A stretch of DNA of 64,000 nucleotides, from NCBI GenBank assembly GCA_003693705.1, contig RBZT01000500.1, forward strand, positions 103,725-167,724. Direction: 5' to 3'. This document shows, in pieces, positions 29,576-41,484 of this stretch. The stretch comes from Polymyxa betae A26-41 (lineage: Eukaryota > Protista > Endomyxa: Phytomyxea). The notes under the pieces were generated by a model, which had not been told where the DNA came from, did not search any database, and was given only the letters and a program-made list of their open reading frames with translations. A program made the position numbers and the translations under genes. The number at the start of each line of letters is the position of its first letter. The stretch's first letter is position 1.

Positions 29576-29687
29576 TGATAGCTGGAGTATAATATATAAT
29601 ACTAGCAAGGATATTGGCATGGCATTTGTATTGAGTTTGGGGATGAGAGGAGCGGTCATGGGGTCACACCCCATCGTGATGATGGTC

Positions 29688-30419
29688 CTAGTCATCATCG
29701 TCATAATCTTCATCGTCGTGATCGTCTCTGTGATGATGCGTGGAATCCAGCTCACCATGACCCTGCGAGGGTGGTTAGGGTTTAGGACTTCGCAACCACT
29801 ATTTCCGCTTACGTCGTCATGATCGTGTTCGTCATGCGAATGGTGCTCGGCCTCATGATTTTCACTGTGAGCATGGCTCTCCGAGTTCTGATCGTTACCA
29901 GTCACTGCATTCATGAAATTTAACAACACGTGACAACACTTTGAAACAAAGAGAAACCCAATTTCTCGCAATGAACATGGTTAGACCCAATCAGGGCCAT
30001 ATGGATGGAAAGGATGTACCTTGGGCATTGATTTGGGCATTGGTAGTCACAATAACTTTATCCTTAGCAGTACCTTCTTTTTCGTGCCTTCCATCATCCT
30101 ATATATGGTTCAGTAATTAGAGTTAGTCGGGTTAAAGGGAGAGACACCGACCCGATGATATTCGTCGTCATGATCAGCTTCATGTGAATCATGATGATCC
30201 AGATTACTCGGGAAATGGTGATGGCCATGACCATGATGATGGTGATCGTGGTCGCCTTCCTCGTCATCATCGTCCTCTTCGTCCCCGTGATGTCCGAAAT
30301 GGCCTGAAACGATTGAATTGGCGTGAAGGGCGCTCTCAATGAATGGTACCGTAACTCCATGCAGAAGCGCCTAATATTAGAAGTGAAAATATTAAAGCGA
30401 TTGATGTCGTCCTATTCAT
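29688..30419 (-). CDS. Secreted His/Asp-rich protein HRP-1 (~155 aa, 5 exons)
   Basis: Exons 30419-30350, 30303-30152, 30098-30020, 29904-29813, 29762-29688 join in frame via GT-AG introns: MNRTTSIALIFSLLILGASA-WSYGHFGHHGDEEDDDDEEGDHDHHHHGHGHHH...KDKVIVTTNAQINAQVTGNDQNSESHAH...DYDDDD*. Confidence 0.85.
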
Positions 30420-30533
30420 GATACTGATACCGGGTCCTTTAGCCCGGACAAAGATCCAGTAAATTATAGGTTCGCCGTGCAATAAATTACAAAAATGGCG
30501 ATGAGAACAATCATGAACCGACCGATTCATAGT

Positions 30534-30554
30534 TGAGTCATATTGGATGAGTCC
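30534..30554. promoter_or_regulatory. TGAGTCA site plus TGAGTCC variant upstream of HRP-1
   Basis: TGAGTCA 30534-30540, 115 bp from ATG 30419. Confidence 0.6.
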
Positions 30555-31554
30555 TGCAACAACTGATTATATAGATTCAGAAAAAAATTCAGTGTAAAAA
30601 TATGAAACTATTTTCATTTCATTTTGCGGTTAGAAACATGACTAGATACGTTACTATCACATGAAATCGTTCACATGAAGTCCAAATCGCCACCACAACG
30701 CATATGACGCTTGTTGATTGTTAGAAAAATGAAAGCATTCGGTCTGCGATCAGCAGGGGCGATTATGGATTCGATTTCCGGATTGGAAATTATCGGCTGT
30801 CTACTGATCATACAAGCTCTATGAATACATCCTATGTGCATCATCAAGCACCGATCTCCAGTCGAATGGTGATAAGAGAGAAGGACGGAAACTGATTCAT
30901 ACTGGACAATAGTGAGTTAAGATCAGCCTTGAACTGACGCTGATATGAACATTTTCATAGGATTGCCAGAAAAAATGCGATAATTGCTGCGAACATTCCG
31001 GCAGATATTCGAATCCGCCATTGTCATATGAAGATGTGTTCGACGATGGATGGTGTGTAACGATCATTTTTACTTGTGCTATCAATAATGGTTTCAGGCA
31101 GCTCACCATTCTAATACTGACTGATGCAAGATTAAACTGGATTCGATCATTCTAGATCGCTGATCTTTCCAACAGGGGGCGCTGTGCTCTAAGCGCGGCA
31201 AGATTGGATTGGATTTCACTAGTTCGTAGATTTTTGGTCAACAGGCGGCGCTGTATCCGAAGCGCAAGGCTGATAGTACTCTGGAGCGCTGCAAGATGAA
31301 TGCCATCGGAGCAGCATGCAGCGGTATCCAGAGCTGAATCTGCAGTGGTTCAGGGCTGTGAACAGCCTCACGTCTTAGGATAAAGATATCAAACATCCAG
31401 AACATTCTGAATGTCGATAAATGAAGGAGGGAGGCGACATGATTTACTGCGTTTATAGAGAGAGGTGGCCGCGCTCCATCTCATTCTCATCTTGGAAGTG
31501 GTGCCCGCCTACTAGCTGCCTATCTGGCCTCATTCTGCAATCATTCCATTCACC

Positions 31555-33160
31555 ATGACGACGTCATCGGCAGAGCTATCTCAGGACCAATGCGATCTCA
31601 TCAGAAGCATCTGCATGTACTTGCAGCAAATCGGTAGGCTGAATACCAGGCTCTCGGTGTCGTGGCCTGATCCCATTCAGGCACGATCAAATCGATCGAC
31701 GCTGATGCCATCGAGGTCGCCATTCAATGCATTAGTACGTCAATGTCAATGTTACGACGAAGCAATAACCGATTCAGGTGATTCGACCGGTGTTGATATC
31801 AGCCAGCCATCAAGCAGATACCTTCCGCCATTAGACGAAATTTTCAGAACGTAACCGATTTCAATCTGGTAGTGAAACATTGATTAAGAGATGTTGGTTA
31901 GAGGCATGACGGTTATTAACTCTCAGAATGGGCATCCAGATGGATTTGAGAGGTTTTTAAAAGCACTCAAAGAGAAAGGATTCTTCGAGGGTCATGCTGA
32001 AGGTAGCCCTGAATATCAAGTCAGGCTGCAGCGCGCTCGTGAGAAATTCTTTGACCGATTTGGTCAAGCGGCTACACACGTCACCGCTGAGCAAGTCCAG
32101 CAGTCAGAGGTACTGAAAATGGAAGGTGAGACTGCTTTCGTCTTGCGGTCTGTCAAGTCGTTGAATTATTGTAGGAAACAGGCTGCTGTCGGGTGGCGAT
32201 ACGAACGGTGCCATTGAAGCATACACCAAAGCGATCACTTTGAACCCGACCAATGCGATTCTGTTTTCAAACCGGGCTGCAGCTTATCAGAAATTGGGAA
32301 ATAATGAACAGACGATCGCCGATTGGTAAATTGACAGCACAACGTTGCTGGCGCTTTCGTTGATCGAGATGGGACAGCCATAGGGCGATCGAGCTCGATT
32401 TCAATTATACAAAAGCGCATTATCGGTGCGGTGTCGCTCATACGAACCTGAATCAGAAAAGCAAAGCTAAAGATTGGTTCGTATTATTGCCTTTGCAATG
32501 CTGGATCAACTCACGCTTCGTATAGCTTTAATCAAGCGCTGGCTACATGCACCGACCAATCGTCGCCGCTTGCTTGCGAGATCCGCGATGCGCTGGCCGC
32601 ATTAGACGTATTTGCAAATCGTCATTGTGGATTGTTTGTTAAGACGAGATGTAGGCACCTTCAGTAAGGTCTTCCAGTTCGGGTGCCGCTCCATTTGACA
32701 TGAGCGCATTACTCAACAACCCGATGGTGCAGCAGATGATGCAAAACCCGGAGCTTATGACTGGCGTAAGCTCGCCCTACTCTTCGTTTTGATCGTTTTG
32801 TGAATATGCTGGCTAGATGTTAAGTAACATGATGGGCGGAATGGGCGGCTCTAACATGGGTGGAATGGGCGGCTCTAATCCATCATCGCCAAGCACCCCT
32901 AATCCAATGCAAATGCTGACTGATCCATCCTCTTTCCGAGATTTCATGAATTCGCCTGCAGTGAAAGGTTACGAACAGGTAAATGGTGAGCATTGAGGCT
33001 TCGCTTTGCTAAACAGGTCGTCCAGGACCCTCAGCTTGGTCCCGTAATTGCTGACCTTCGGGAAAATGGCGTTTCTGCCATCATGAAGCACATGTCAAAC
33101 CCGATGCTGATGGCGAAGCTATCTGCGTTAATGAAAGCCAACAATGAATCTTCTCAGTAA
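31555..33160 (+). CDS. SGTA: SGT/SGTA-like TPR co-chaperone, multi-exon
   Basis: N-terminal dimerisation motif (SICMYL..DAIEVAIQCI), TPRs (LKMEGN..AIEAYTKAI..ILFSNRAAAY..YTKAHYR), Met/Asn/Pro-rich STI1-like tail. Confidence 0.85.
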
Positions 33161-33573
33161 ACGTTCTGTTTATGTTCGGTCATAATTAATACAACGGTTA
33201 GAATTGACTGAACTCTGTGTAGCTGCAAGCGTAAATTTTGATTGTGGATTCCAATGGTTTTCTGAACATACACGGTCGGCTTCTGGCTGCAGCTCCTCGA
33301 CATCGTTAGTCTTTCACTTTTTACGCTTGTTCACTATGCGCGTGGTAAAATTGGTCTCTCGACAATACTGGCGAAAATTGCTGAACAATGAAACGCTTCG
33401 TCAGTATTTTGATTGGTTATTCATATGAGTGGCTCCAGAGCAATATTAGGATTCTACTTCATACTTTATTGTACAGTCTGGTGTTTCCAAAGCCGTCATC
33501 GACGACAAATCGAGACAGCTTCAATTTTTAAAGAATGTCGTATGTTATGCTGGAGCGCCAACAACGGTCACAT

Positions 33574-33605
33574 TGAGTCAACAGCATTAAGATCATCTTG
33601 ACTCA
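33574..33605. promoter_or_regulatory. Two TGA(C/G)TCA sites upstream of HRP-2
   Basis: TGAGTCA 33574-33580, TGACTCA 33599-33605; ATG at 33631. Confidence 0.55.
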
Positions 33606-33630
33606 GCCAAAACCTCGTCTACGTTGAACT

Positions 33631-34336
33631 ATGTCAATTCGCGTTCTTTACTTGACTGTCGCTCTTGGTATCCTACTTGGTCTGCCAAGCGCTGATGCCA
33701 AGCGCAGATTTCATCCAGACAGTGATGAAGATATGTTCTCAATGAAGGAACATACCGTAAGACCTGAATCGTAGTCACACTGAGCAAAGCATGACATAAT
33801 CCCAGCGACATGATGAAGACGATGATGATGATGATCATTTCGGTCATGGTATCGACCCAAAAGGCTGGGATGGTTGGGGAGAAGCTGATGACGTATGCTG
33901 AGCGATGCCTATTGGCATTCATCAACCATGTTGATAATGCTGTTTAGATGCTACATCAGCGACACCTGAAGCATCTCCATGACAGAGGTCATAACAAACA
34001 TCACGATGATGATGACGACGACGACCATCATAAAAACGATTGGGTAGTAGTAGCGTTTCTGAATTGAAACGATATGCTAAATAAGACGTTTTCAAGTTAC
34101 GTTGGGGAGAGGAAGATGAGCGTGATGATAAGGACCATAATCACCATCATGATCACGGCGAGGTTGGTTCTAAGTTGTGTTCCAACCGGTGATCTAAAAA
34201 AATGATACAGTTCGAAACACCGTTTGATGACGAACACGGTCATCACGGCGATCATCATCACGACAATAAACATCATCACGACGATAAACCTCATCACAAG
34301 CATGGGCATGGGCATGGGCACGGCCACCGCCATTAA
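33631..34336 (+). CDS. Secreted His/Asp-rich protein HRP-2 (~166 aa, 5 exons)
   Basis: Exons 33631-33756, 33806-33892, 33948-34043, 34097-34162, 34211-34336, all GT-AG phase 0: MSIRVLYLTVALGILLGLPSADA-KRRFHPD...FETPFDDEHGHHGDHHHDNKHHHDDKPHHKHGHGHGHGHRH*. Confidence 0.85.
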
Positions 34337-34445
34337 ATTCTCTGCCAGCTTGGCCATTAGTTTCGTCAGCTACATGCTAAATTAAACAAGGTTTTTTCAA
34401 TCAAAGAGAGAGATGTGTTTTACTTACATAAATACAAAGTTTTTT

Positions 34446-35438
34446 CTATCGTTTAAATTTTCTTTCCATCTTTAGCCTTTTCTTAGCAGGCTCTAAAATT
34501 TTCGCTAATCGACCATTGCTTTTGGTCATGGTCGGCGTCGCCGCAGTTGGCTTTGCCGCTTTCGTACCAGGCTGATCACGGGCCCGAATGATCGTCTTCC
34601 TGACGATATTAGCTTCTGGTTTTATCCTTTTCACTGAGGCCTGAAGCTTGGCGCTTTCTGCTTGCTTGTTTTTTTCAGCAAGACGGGCAGCGTATTCTTG
34701 CGCTTTTTTCTCGCGATCCTGGAGAACGTTTTTGTAGAACTCACGCCAGAAGCTTACGGGCATACTCTGCACTCGAATTGTGAATGATATTGAAGAAATG
34801 ACTAAGCAATTACATACATCAGCGTCTTCAATAGCGGCGTATTGTTCAGGCAGATCCAGCCTTGCTACCCTTCTCCAGCATATGTCCAGATCTTGGACCA
34901 GTTCGGGATTGAGTCTTTCAAGACGCATCAGATCGGTTGCTTTAGCGTTTTGAGCAATCTGTAACAAAATAGGCGTTGGAAGGACACAGTCAAGGCGCCC
35001 CAATCTGGAAATGTTGTGACGAAGAACGGTTAAGCAAAGTGACTGAAGTGAAGAAACGCGTCCTGTCGCTACCAATGGTTCGTTGAATGTTATTGATTCG
35101 CGCCTTTTCTGAGGAGTCTCTTCGGGTGCTACACAACATTGATATTAGCGCCTTATAATCGCTGTGAAGATAGTAATACGTTTTGCCACGACTGCTTTCC
35201 AAATCGTAATCAGCTTTTTAGCCCGATCTTTCAGGGCACGATTTTCAAGCTTATTCCTGGCTGAATTTACAATTTTCCCCGCCTTGGTCGTTCGCAGCAG
35301 CTCGGTCGTCATGGTGATTCGCTCCAGATCCAGCAATGCAGCCGCGATTTGGGTGCCGCATTGTTCCTGGTTAGTCTCCGGGCTGGTTAGGTCCCGAAGA
35401 CGCTGGCACGCGCTGGTGATTCGATCGATCAGCGACAT
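34446..35438 (-). CDS. ELOA: Elongin A-like protein (TFIIS N-terminal domain plus Elongin A domain), multi-exon
   Basis: MTTELLRTTKAGKIVN..AKKLITIWK (TFIIS-N); VSSLQSLCLTVL BC-box; LMRLERLNP..W..FWREFY. Confidence 0.8.
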
Positions 35439-36098
35439 GCTAAATGGCGAGTTCGAGTCAGGAGGGGCACTGGATCGCCGGGCTGCGTCTCCAGTCAGAT
35501 TACCACCAAGTGGACAATTTTCGCCTGTCGGTGACTGATCGGTCGATGGGGCTGCGCCTGGCCAGGAATTTCTTTCTCGAAAGTTCGAGTTGCTGGGGGG
35601 ATCTGGGGCGCCTATATCNNGGGGGGGGGGTTGGCGATGAGAGACGATGATCAGCACTTCGACCATTCGTCAAATCTATCGTCGACCGACACGTGTCAAG
35701 TCGTTCAACGATCGACACGTGCAGCGCGCTGATTGATTTCGTTTGATTTCACTCTCACTCCCGACCATCTTTCTGGGGTTTTGATCATACCTTAGTGAAG
35801 GTGACGCATTGCAATGCTATCTTAATGTGATTCTGCTTCGACACCGGATCTCTCTTTCTCAACTGGTTTTTACTCTTGTCTTCCCTTGAATTGTTATTTA
35901 TAAGCTTATAGCACGGTAGTCAGCGGTAAAGCTGACGTATCGAATAACAAAGGCAATGTTATCCTTGTTGGAGAGCTGCTGACAAAACTTCTACATAGCG
36001 ATTCAACGCTTTGTTCTCTATTCGGTGATCGTTCACCCGTTATTTGCTTTACACAGCTTTATCGCAGAGCGAGGATGGAGTCACCGAAATTCCGATTT

Positions 36099-36155
36099 TG
36101 ACTCATTTGGTTCTGCCGATGTCCTCCGACTATATGAGTCACGTGTTCTGAGTCA
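36099..36155. promoter_or_regulatory. Three TGA(C/G)TCA sites upstream of HRP-3
   Basis: 36099-36105, 36135-36141, 36149-36155; ATG at 36265. Confidence 0.7.
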
Positions 36156-36264
36156 ATTACGGTCGGTGCTGAATCGCTGATTCAGGCGAAATTCGTCATT
36201 CTTATATTTCCACTCGATCGAAAGGCATATTATCGTCAAGTTTTCATATCGACGCCTATAAACC

Positions 36265-36879
36265 ATGAAGATCTTACCTATCTTGACGTTGGTTTTGATC
36301 GTCGTCTCGCTGGTACAAGCTCAGCGGCATGACGCGTGGAATCGCGCCCAAGGAACCCGAGCGCAGATCGCCAACCATCACGATGAGCATGTAAACGCCA
36401 ATAACAAGGATAAAGGCGAAAACATCATGCAGCACAAGGGCAAAGATAACACCGATGTTGAAACGGCTGCTTCTTTGACTGCCACCGTGACGGCTACCGA
36501 TGAACACAGCGACCAATACTCGCACCACATGGACAATTCTCACGAGTTATCGCATGCTGACGAACAGCTGCGGTTGATCGAAGCAGCCAGTGCTCACCAG
36601 AACATGGAGCACGATGAAGACGAAGCCGCTGAACATTTCGATGATGACCATCACCACGGCCACCACGAGCCTCTGGATGGTACTCATGGAGGGCACCACG
36701 ACCACCATGATCATCACCAAGGCGGCCTCCACGAAGTTGATCACCACCCCGAAGAGTTCAACCGGTTCGAGTTCCACGAACCTCATGATGACCGCCACGG
36801 ACACGATGGTATGCATGGTCACGATGGTTTTCATGGCCACGACGGTATTCATGGTCACGATGATCATCACTTTCATTAA
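36265..36879 (+). CDS. Secreted His-rich protein HRP-3 (204 aa, intronless)
   Basis: Signal peptide MKILPILTLVLIVVSLVQA; central KDNTDVETAASLTATVTATDEHS motif; C-terminal HGHDG(M/F/I) repeats. Confidence 0.9.
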   Translation: MKILPILTLVLIVVSLVQAQRHDAWNRAQGTRAQIANHHDEHVNANNKDKGENIMQHKGKDNTDVETAASLTATVTATDEHSDQYSHHMDNSHELSHADEQLRLIEAASAHQNMEHDEDEAAEHFDDDHHHGHHEPLDGTHGGHHDHHDHHQGGLHEVDHHPEEFNRFEFHEPHDDRHGHDGMHGHDGFHGHDGIHGHDDHHFH

Positions 36880-38685
36880 ACTAAACGATCCTGCCCGAGG
36901 TTTTTCGGACACCGATTCCTTTTATGATAAACCGATCTAATTTCCTCTCATATCGTTCCATTTGTTTTGTCTTTGCAATTCCGCGTGAAATCACTGAAAT
37001 TCACTGAGACCGATTTAGTTTCATTAAGACATGCATGCGGCAGAAATTCAAAACGGCAGCTCAGCAATGAATTAGGCTAGGTGCACGAGAGCCCCATGAC
37101 CGATCTCTGCACTTTGCTAACCAAACAGTTTTTAACAGGACCCTTGGCATGATCGTACTCATATCGGAACCGTTATAGAACATTATGCTGTTGACCAGCG
37201 AGATTTGCATTTCAACTTTTCGAATGGGTTGGAAGCACTGGACAGCAAAAGAAGCCATATAATCTCCTAGCATTCCAGTCGAAAGGTTTGCCCTACGCCA
37301 AGTACACTGAAAGATTGGGCGTGTCGTCGAAGTAGCCATTCGAGGCCTGAAGAACCATTACGCCCTCAAGCGACAACATGAATGAGATCCACAAAGCCTC
37401 ATAGTGCTGTGTATCAAGAGGCCGCTCCCACCTATTCTGCTTCCAGTTTGACGATTGATTTCTCATTCGATTTGTGTGTTTGTGACCTATTAGGCCTCAT
37501 ACACGATCTTTGCGGAAATGACAAGCCATTGAGAATCTGTTGCCGGCATCGTGTTTATCTGCTTAAGCTGCTCACAGTTGGGGATTTTGTGTGCAGTGCG
37601 GTTACATGGATTACACAAGCATTGGGTCTTCTGATCAATGCCGTTTCGCACCTGCCAGCGTTGACTCGATGCAAAGTTGCAGGATCTCATCGTGTGCTGG
37701 CCATCTTGCAGTATCTGGTAAATGCCGTGAAGTTGCTTAGAAGTTTAAACCAATACCTTTAGTATTGCCAAAACGTTTTGATGGTTTTGAATTGTACAAT
37801 ATTCATTGCCGACTATTTATATGTTTATTTCTACCTAGTCAGGTTAATACATTGATCATCAGATTTTAAGACTAATGGCGTCTAATCTGTGATTCTGGTT
37901 TACAGAATCATTTTGAAATGCAATAGGCAGGCGGATAATCCCAGAATTTTTGAGAAAGAGCACTGTGCTGTCTATTCTATATCGCCTTCGCTGCTCAGTT
38001 GGATTGCTTTCCGGCTTGCCTGGGATCCAGAATGCTCGAGTTCACGACTTGTGAATGTAGCATTCTCTCTGGTCGATGCATAGCTTGCTACGATAAAGAG
38101 AAAATATCGAAAACCTAACAAGATGCTACATCATTAAAAGCTCTCTCTTTCAACTGATCAAACAGAAGCCCCAAAGCGATGTCAATTGTCAACCAAGCGA
38201 AGCGAAACGAACAATATGTTTTTTTGACAAAGTTGTTCATTTCAACAATCTCGTTTGGTGCTATCTTTTCTCAATTGACTAAACGATTCCAGATTTGGAT
38301 CATAAAAGCGCTAGTAATCTGATGCTATCGAAAGTGTATTCTGGCAACGCCGGCTGGCATGATTATTCGGGCAGGCGAGAATGCATTGCAGTCCGAGCTG
38401 TATTTGCTTCTAATTAAGATGCATATTATTGTGCTCGAAAGTCCCTGGTGGAAAACGCTTACTCAGAAACTCGCTACTTCTTCTCGATGTTGATTAACAG
38501 ATTGATTAGATAGACTGTAATTTGCAAGCAATATTACAGTCAATTTATCAGCGGATATACAATTATATTAAGAAGGTTAGAACACTCGCTGATGTGTTCA
38601 AGTTCTTAGCTATGCCTAAGAATCTTTGCAGAAGCGTGTTCAGTGGAAGCACAGACCCTGAACAGCTTCCAAAATTGACAAAGGG

Positions 38686-39387
38686 TCAGGCCGATTGGCT
38701 CTGGAGGATTGTCGGGCGAAACCTTTTCTGGCCGCTGAATGGGATATTGTGGTTATCCTCGGTTGGTTTGGTAAGAAGCGATGAGGGTGATTGCGACTTC
38801 ATCTCCGATTCCCTCCTTTGGGTTTTATGGACCTTAACGAATCCACCATGCATCACATTCTCATCGTCGGCTAAGTTCTTTGCAGTTTGTTTCATTTCCT
38901 CGACGGAGGCTTGAAGTTTGGCGTTTTCCTCTTCGAGTTCCTTGATCCTCTGTTCGAGTTCCTGAATGTGACGTCTCTGGGCTGAGCCCTTTTCATCGGT
39001 TTTACGAACGATCAGCGGCAGCATGTTTGGGTGACCTCTGATGAAGTATGGATGACGGAACTCAACCTGGGTCGCCGAGATTGTGGTCTTGGAGAACCCA
39101 TAGAAATGCATCTGACGAACGAAGCTGCTGAAGTTCGAAGTGTTGAAGTACAGGTGCAGCAGCTCGGACTCGAGCCGGTTTGAATCATAGACGATGAACT
39201 TATCTCCCTCGGGGTTCCAACCGATGATATCTTCTTGTCCTGATTCGACAAGCTTGTAGATTTTCTGCACGAAAGTTGGCGTTTCCATGACGAATTTGTA
39301 ATTCTGCAGCGCATCGGTTGCCATGGATGGACTTATCGGTGATGAAGGTGACCTTTCGGGTAATAGGCTTTCTGAGTGATAACCCAT
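38686..39387 (-). CDS. HSF-type transcription factor, paralogue A (intronless)
   Basis: FVQKIYKLVE..IIGWN..GDKFIV..YFNTSNFSSFVRQMHFYGFSK..EFRHPYFIRG; heptad coiled coil follows; start codon uncertain. Confidence 0.92.
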   Translation of the reverse strand: MGYHSESLLPERSPSSPISPSMATDALQNYKFVMETPTFVQKIYKLVESGQEDIIGWNPEGDKFIVYDSNRLESELLHLYFNTSNFSSFVRQMHFYGFSKTTISATQVEFRHPYFIRGHPNMLPLIVRKTDEKGSAQRRHIQELEQRIKELEEENAKLQASVEEMKQTAKNLADDENVMHGGFVKVHKTQRRESEMKSQSPSSLLTKPTEDNHNIPFSGQKRFRPTILQSQSA

Positions 39388-40058
39388 AGCTGCTGATGAC
39401 TTTGAACTCTTCAAATCTGGACCCGTTATTAAACGGAAAACGAACATGGAGTAAAAGGACCAAGCCAGTAAGGCGCGCCTCTCAGAGCCCGAATTAGGCG
39501 CGCAGAAGATGAGCAACAACGGTGACTAGCGCGGATCATCAATAGCTGATGAGCTTGACTAGGGCATGAGCCCATATAATGGCCGACTCATCCCTGCACT
39601 AAAGCATCGATCTCGACTGTCTTGGCTCATTTTCCACAGGATATGCTGCTATCAGTTGCTAAAAAGTATATTCAGTTTTAAATCATGGTATCAATTACAT
39701 AATCATCGACTCAGATAAGTCAGATAATTGCTGCATTCGTCTACGATGTCGAAAGGGGCAGATTTGCGTCGACTGGCGGCAGTTGTGATCATAATGTTCA
39801 GTCAATATTGTTAGAGTATTGGCCCCAACTTACGCGACGTATCGCATATGAAGCGGAACAAGGACCGCTTAGGGGGCAATGACATTCCTGCTCGCTAATT
39901 CATGACGGGGGTTCTCTGTCCCTTGAACCATTTTGCATTTATAACGTTCTACCCATTAGTTAAGACAACAGATGTGGAATTACATTGAAACTTTAGTAAA
40001 TAATTGCACGTAAACTCGACATTGATACACTGGTCCTAGACGTATCTCGCGATACCAA

Positions 40059-40664
40059 TCAGTTATATTCGTCCTTCTTCTTTCCGTATTCATCATACTT
40101 CTCCTCCTTGCACTCTGAGGTCTTGCACTCTTTAGGCTTACATTCGCTAGTCTTGTTGCATTTGTCATATTCTTTGCCGTAATCGTCCTTGGAGTACTCA
40201 TCGCCATACTTCTTATCTTTGGAGTACTCCTCGCCATACTTCTTGTCTTTGGAGTAATCGTCATACTTCTTGTCTTTGTACTCCTCGCCGTACTTCTTGT
40301 CTTTGGAGTAATCGTCATACTTCTTGTCTTTGTACTCCTCGTCATACTTCTTGTCTTTGTACTCCTCGCCATACTTCTTGTCTTTGTACTCATCGCCATA
40401 CTTCTTATCTTCGGAGTACTCACCGCCATACTTCTTGTCTTTGGAGTATTCTTCTCCGTAGTTTTCAGGATACGCCTTTTCTTCGTCTTTATAAGGCTGG
40501 CACTTGTACTATAGACAAATATTGAGACGATAGATTTGCAGAGAGCTCTGACTTACATCTTTCTCACAATCAGAGGGTGGTCCACAACAATCTTTTTTCT
40601 TGCCACCATGGGCAGCAACGAAGGCCACCAAGACAGCTGCGAGGATAAAGGATAGCTTCATCAT
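40059..40664 (-). CDS. Secreted Tyr/Lys/acidic tandem-repeat protein with Cys-rich ends (~185 aa, 2 exons)
   Basis: Exons 40664-40557 and 40508-40059 (48-nt gtaagt..tag intron): MMKLSFILAAVLVAFVAA-HGGKKKDCCGPPSDCEKDYKC..(Y[GD][ED]EY(S)KDKK)~10..KCNKTSECKPKECKTSEC..DEYN*. The ORF track shows the wrong frame. Confidence 0.9.
40180..40460 (-). repeat. Coding tandem repeat, 27-30 bp, about 10 copies
   Basis: TATGGCGAGGAGTAC(TCC)AAAGACAAGAAG units. Confidence 0.92.
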
Positions 40665-41328
40665 GCTCAGATAACGCTCTTGAAGTTGATGTTGAACGAA
40701 TCAAATCAAAACCAGAATGATGTTAAGCCTAAGGCGGTGACACGCTTTAAATACCTTTCTTAGTACAGAGGATCTCATTGAACCGAGCCACGTGGCCGAC
40801 CAGCGCACGTTACGTTCCACAAGGCAACCGCGTCTTTGACAATCTCTTCGACTGAAGAGCCAGTGGAGACGCGCCCACTGGCGTGCGCGTCAGCATTTGC
40901 CGCACTATGCGCGTGTCCATGCCCAACTGGGAAAGTGCAGAGAGATTTGGTACCTTCCACTCAGGAATCTGTTGGTCTGGAAGTTATCTCCAACTGGAAC
41001 ACTAGTGGCGTCGCCGCCGTCGCGACATGCTGCAGTGAGGCCAGGCCATCGATGACGAGATGCTGTTACGCAATACTACACTCGCCACCATCTTTTGATA
41101 TGCTATTGACTGTCTCTCATTCTTACTCATCCTCTCTCTAAGAAGCAGTTGCCAGTCATGCCAGCATTTATCAAGTCAAGCATTTGCAATCGTCAGCGAG
41201 AGATGCACTGGATAGCCACACAGTTCTGGGTGCTCGGAATGGTCCACTGAGCTGGAAATGGATTGCTCGGATCAAAGGCAAGCACATAGGTACGATTGAG
41301 AAATCCCCAGATTGTGTTCTTCCAAATA

Positions 41329-41335
41329 TGAGTCA
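41329..41335. promoter_or_regulatory. TGAGTCA site upstream of HRP-4, in the divergent spacer shared with the Tyr/Lys gene
   Basis: aatatgagtcaac, 150 bp before ATG 41485; TATAAAA near 41418. Confidence 0.55.
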
Positions 41336-41484
41336 ACGGCGAACCAGAACTGGTCGGATTTTCATGCCAGTTGCGTCACCATGTTAACCGATTTTAAATG
41401 ATGGTTTTCATTTCTTCTATAAAATAACAGGAGTTCAACACGACGATTATCCTATCAAAACGACGTCGATTACCGCTCCGACCG

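Noticed and set aside
31169-31184. CTCF-like site CCAACAGGGGGCGCTG
   Set aside because: CTCF is known from bilaterian animals; nothing supports it in this protist-like genome
31399-31414. Heat-shock element upstream of SGT (GAAcaTTCtGAA)
   Set aside because: Only two correctly spaced nGAAn units, expected by chance
35145-35666. Long N-terminal extension of Elongin A across NN/poly-G
   Set aside because: Crosses an assembly ambiguity at 35619-35620; the domain starts at Met 35438
36274-36940. Met/Val/Ile-rich or Thr/Met-rich ORFs overlapping the His-rich genes (also 33629-34357 and 50440-51088)
   Set aside because: Antisense or shifted readings of CAT/GAT/CAC repeats, not membrane proteins
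37061-38500. Short ORFs between HRP-3 and HSF-A
   Set aside because: No recognisable motifs or consistent splice model
39980-40429. ORF-track protein with STKTRSM repeats
   Set aside because: Shadow frame of the Tyr/Lys repeat exon, whose true frame splices to a signal peptide
40180-40460. CRISPR-like array
   Set aside because: No unique spacers, repeats are in-frame coding units, eukaryotic context, no cas genes
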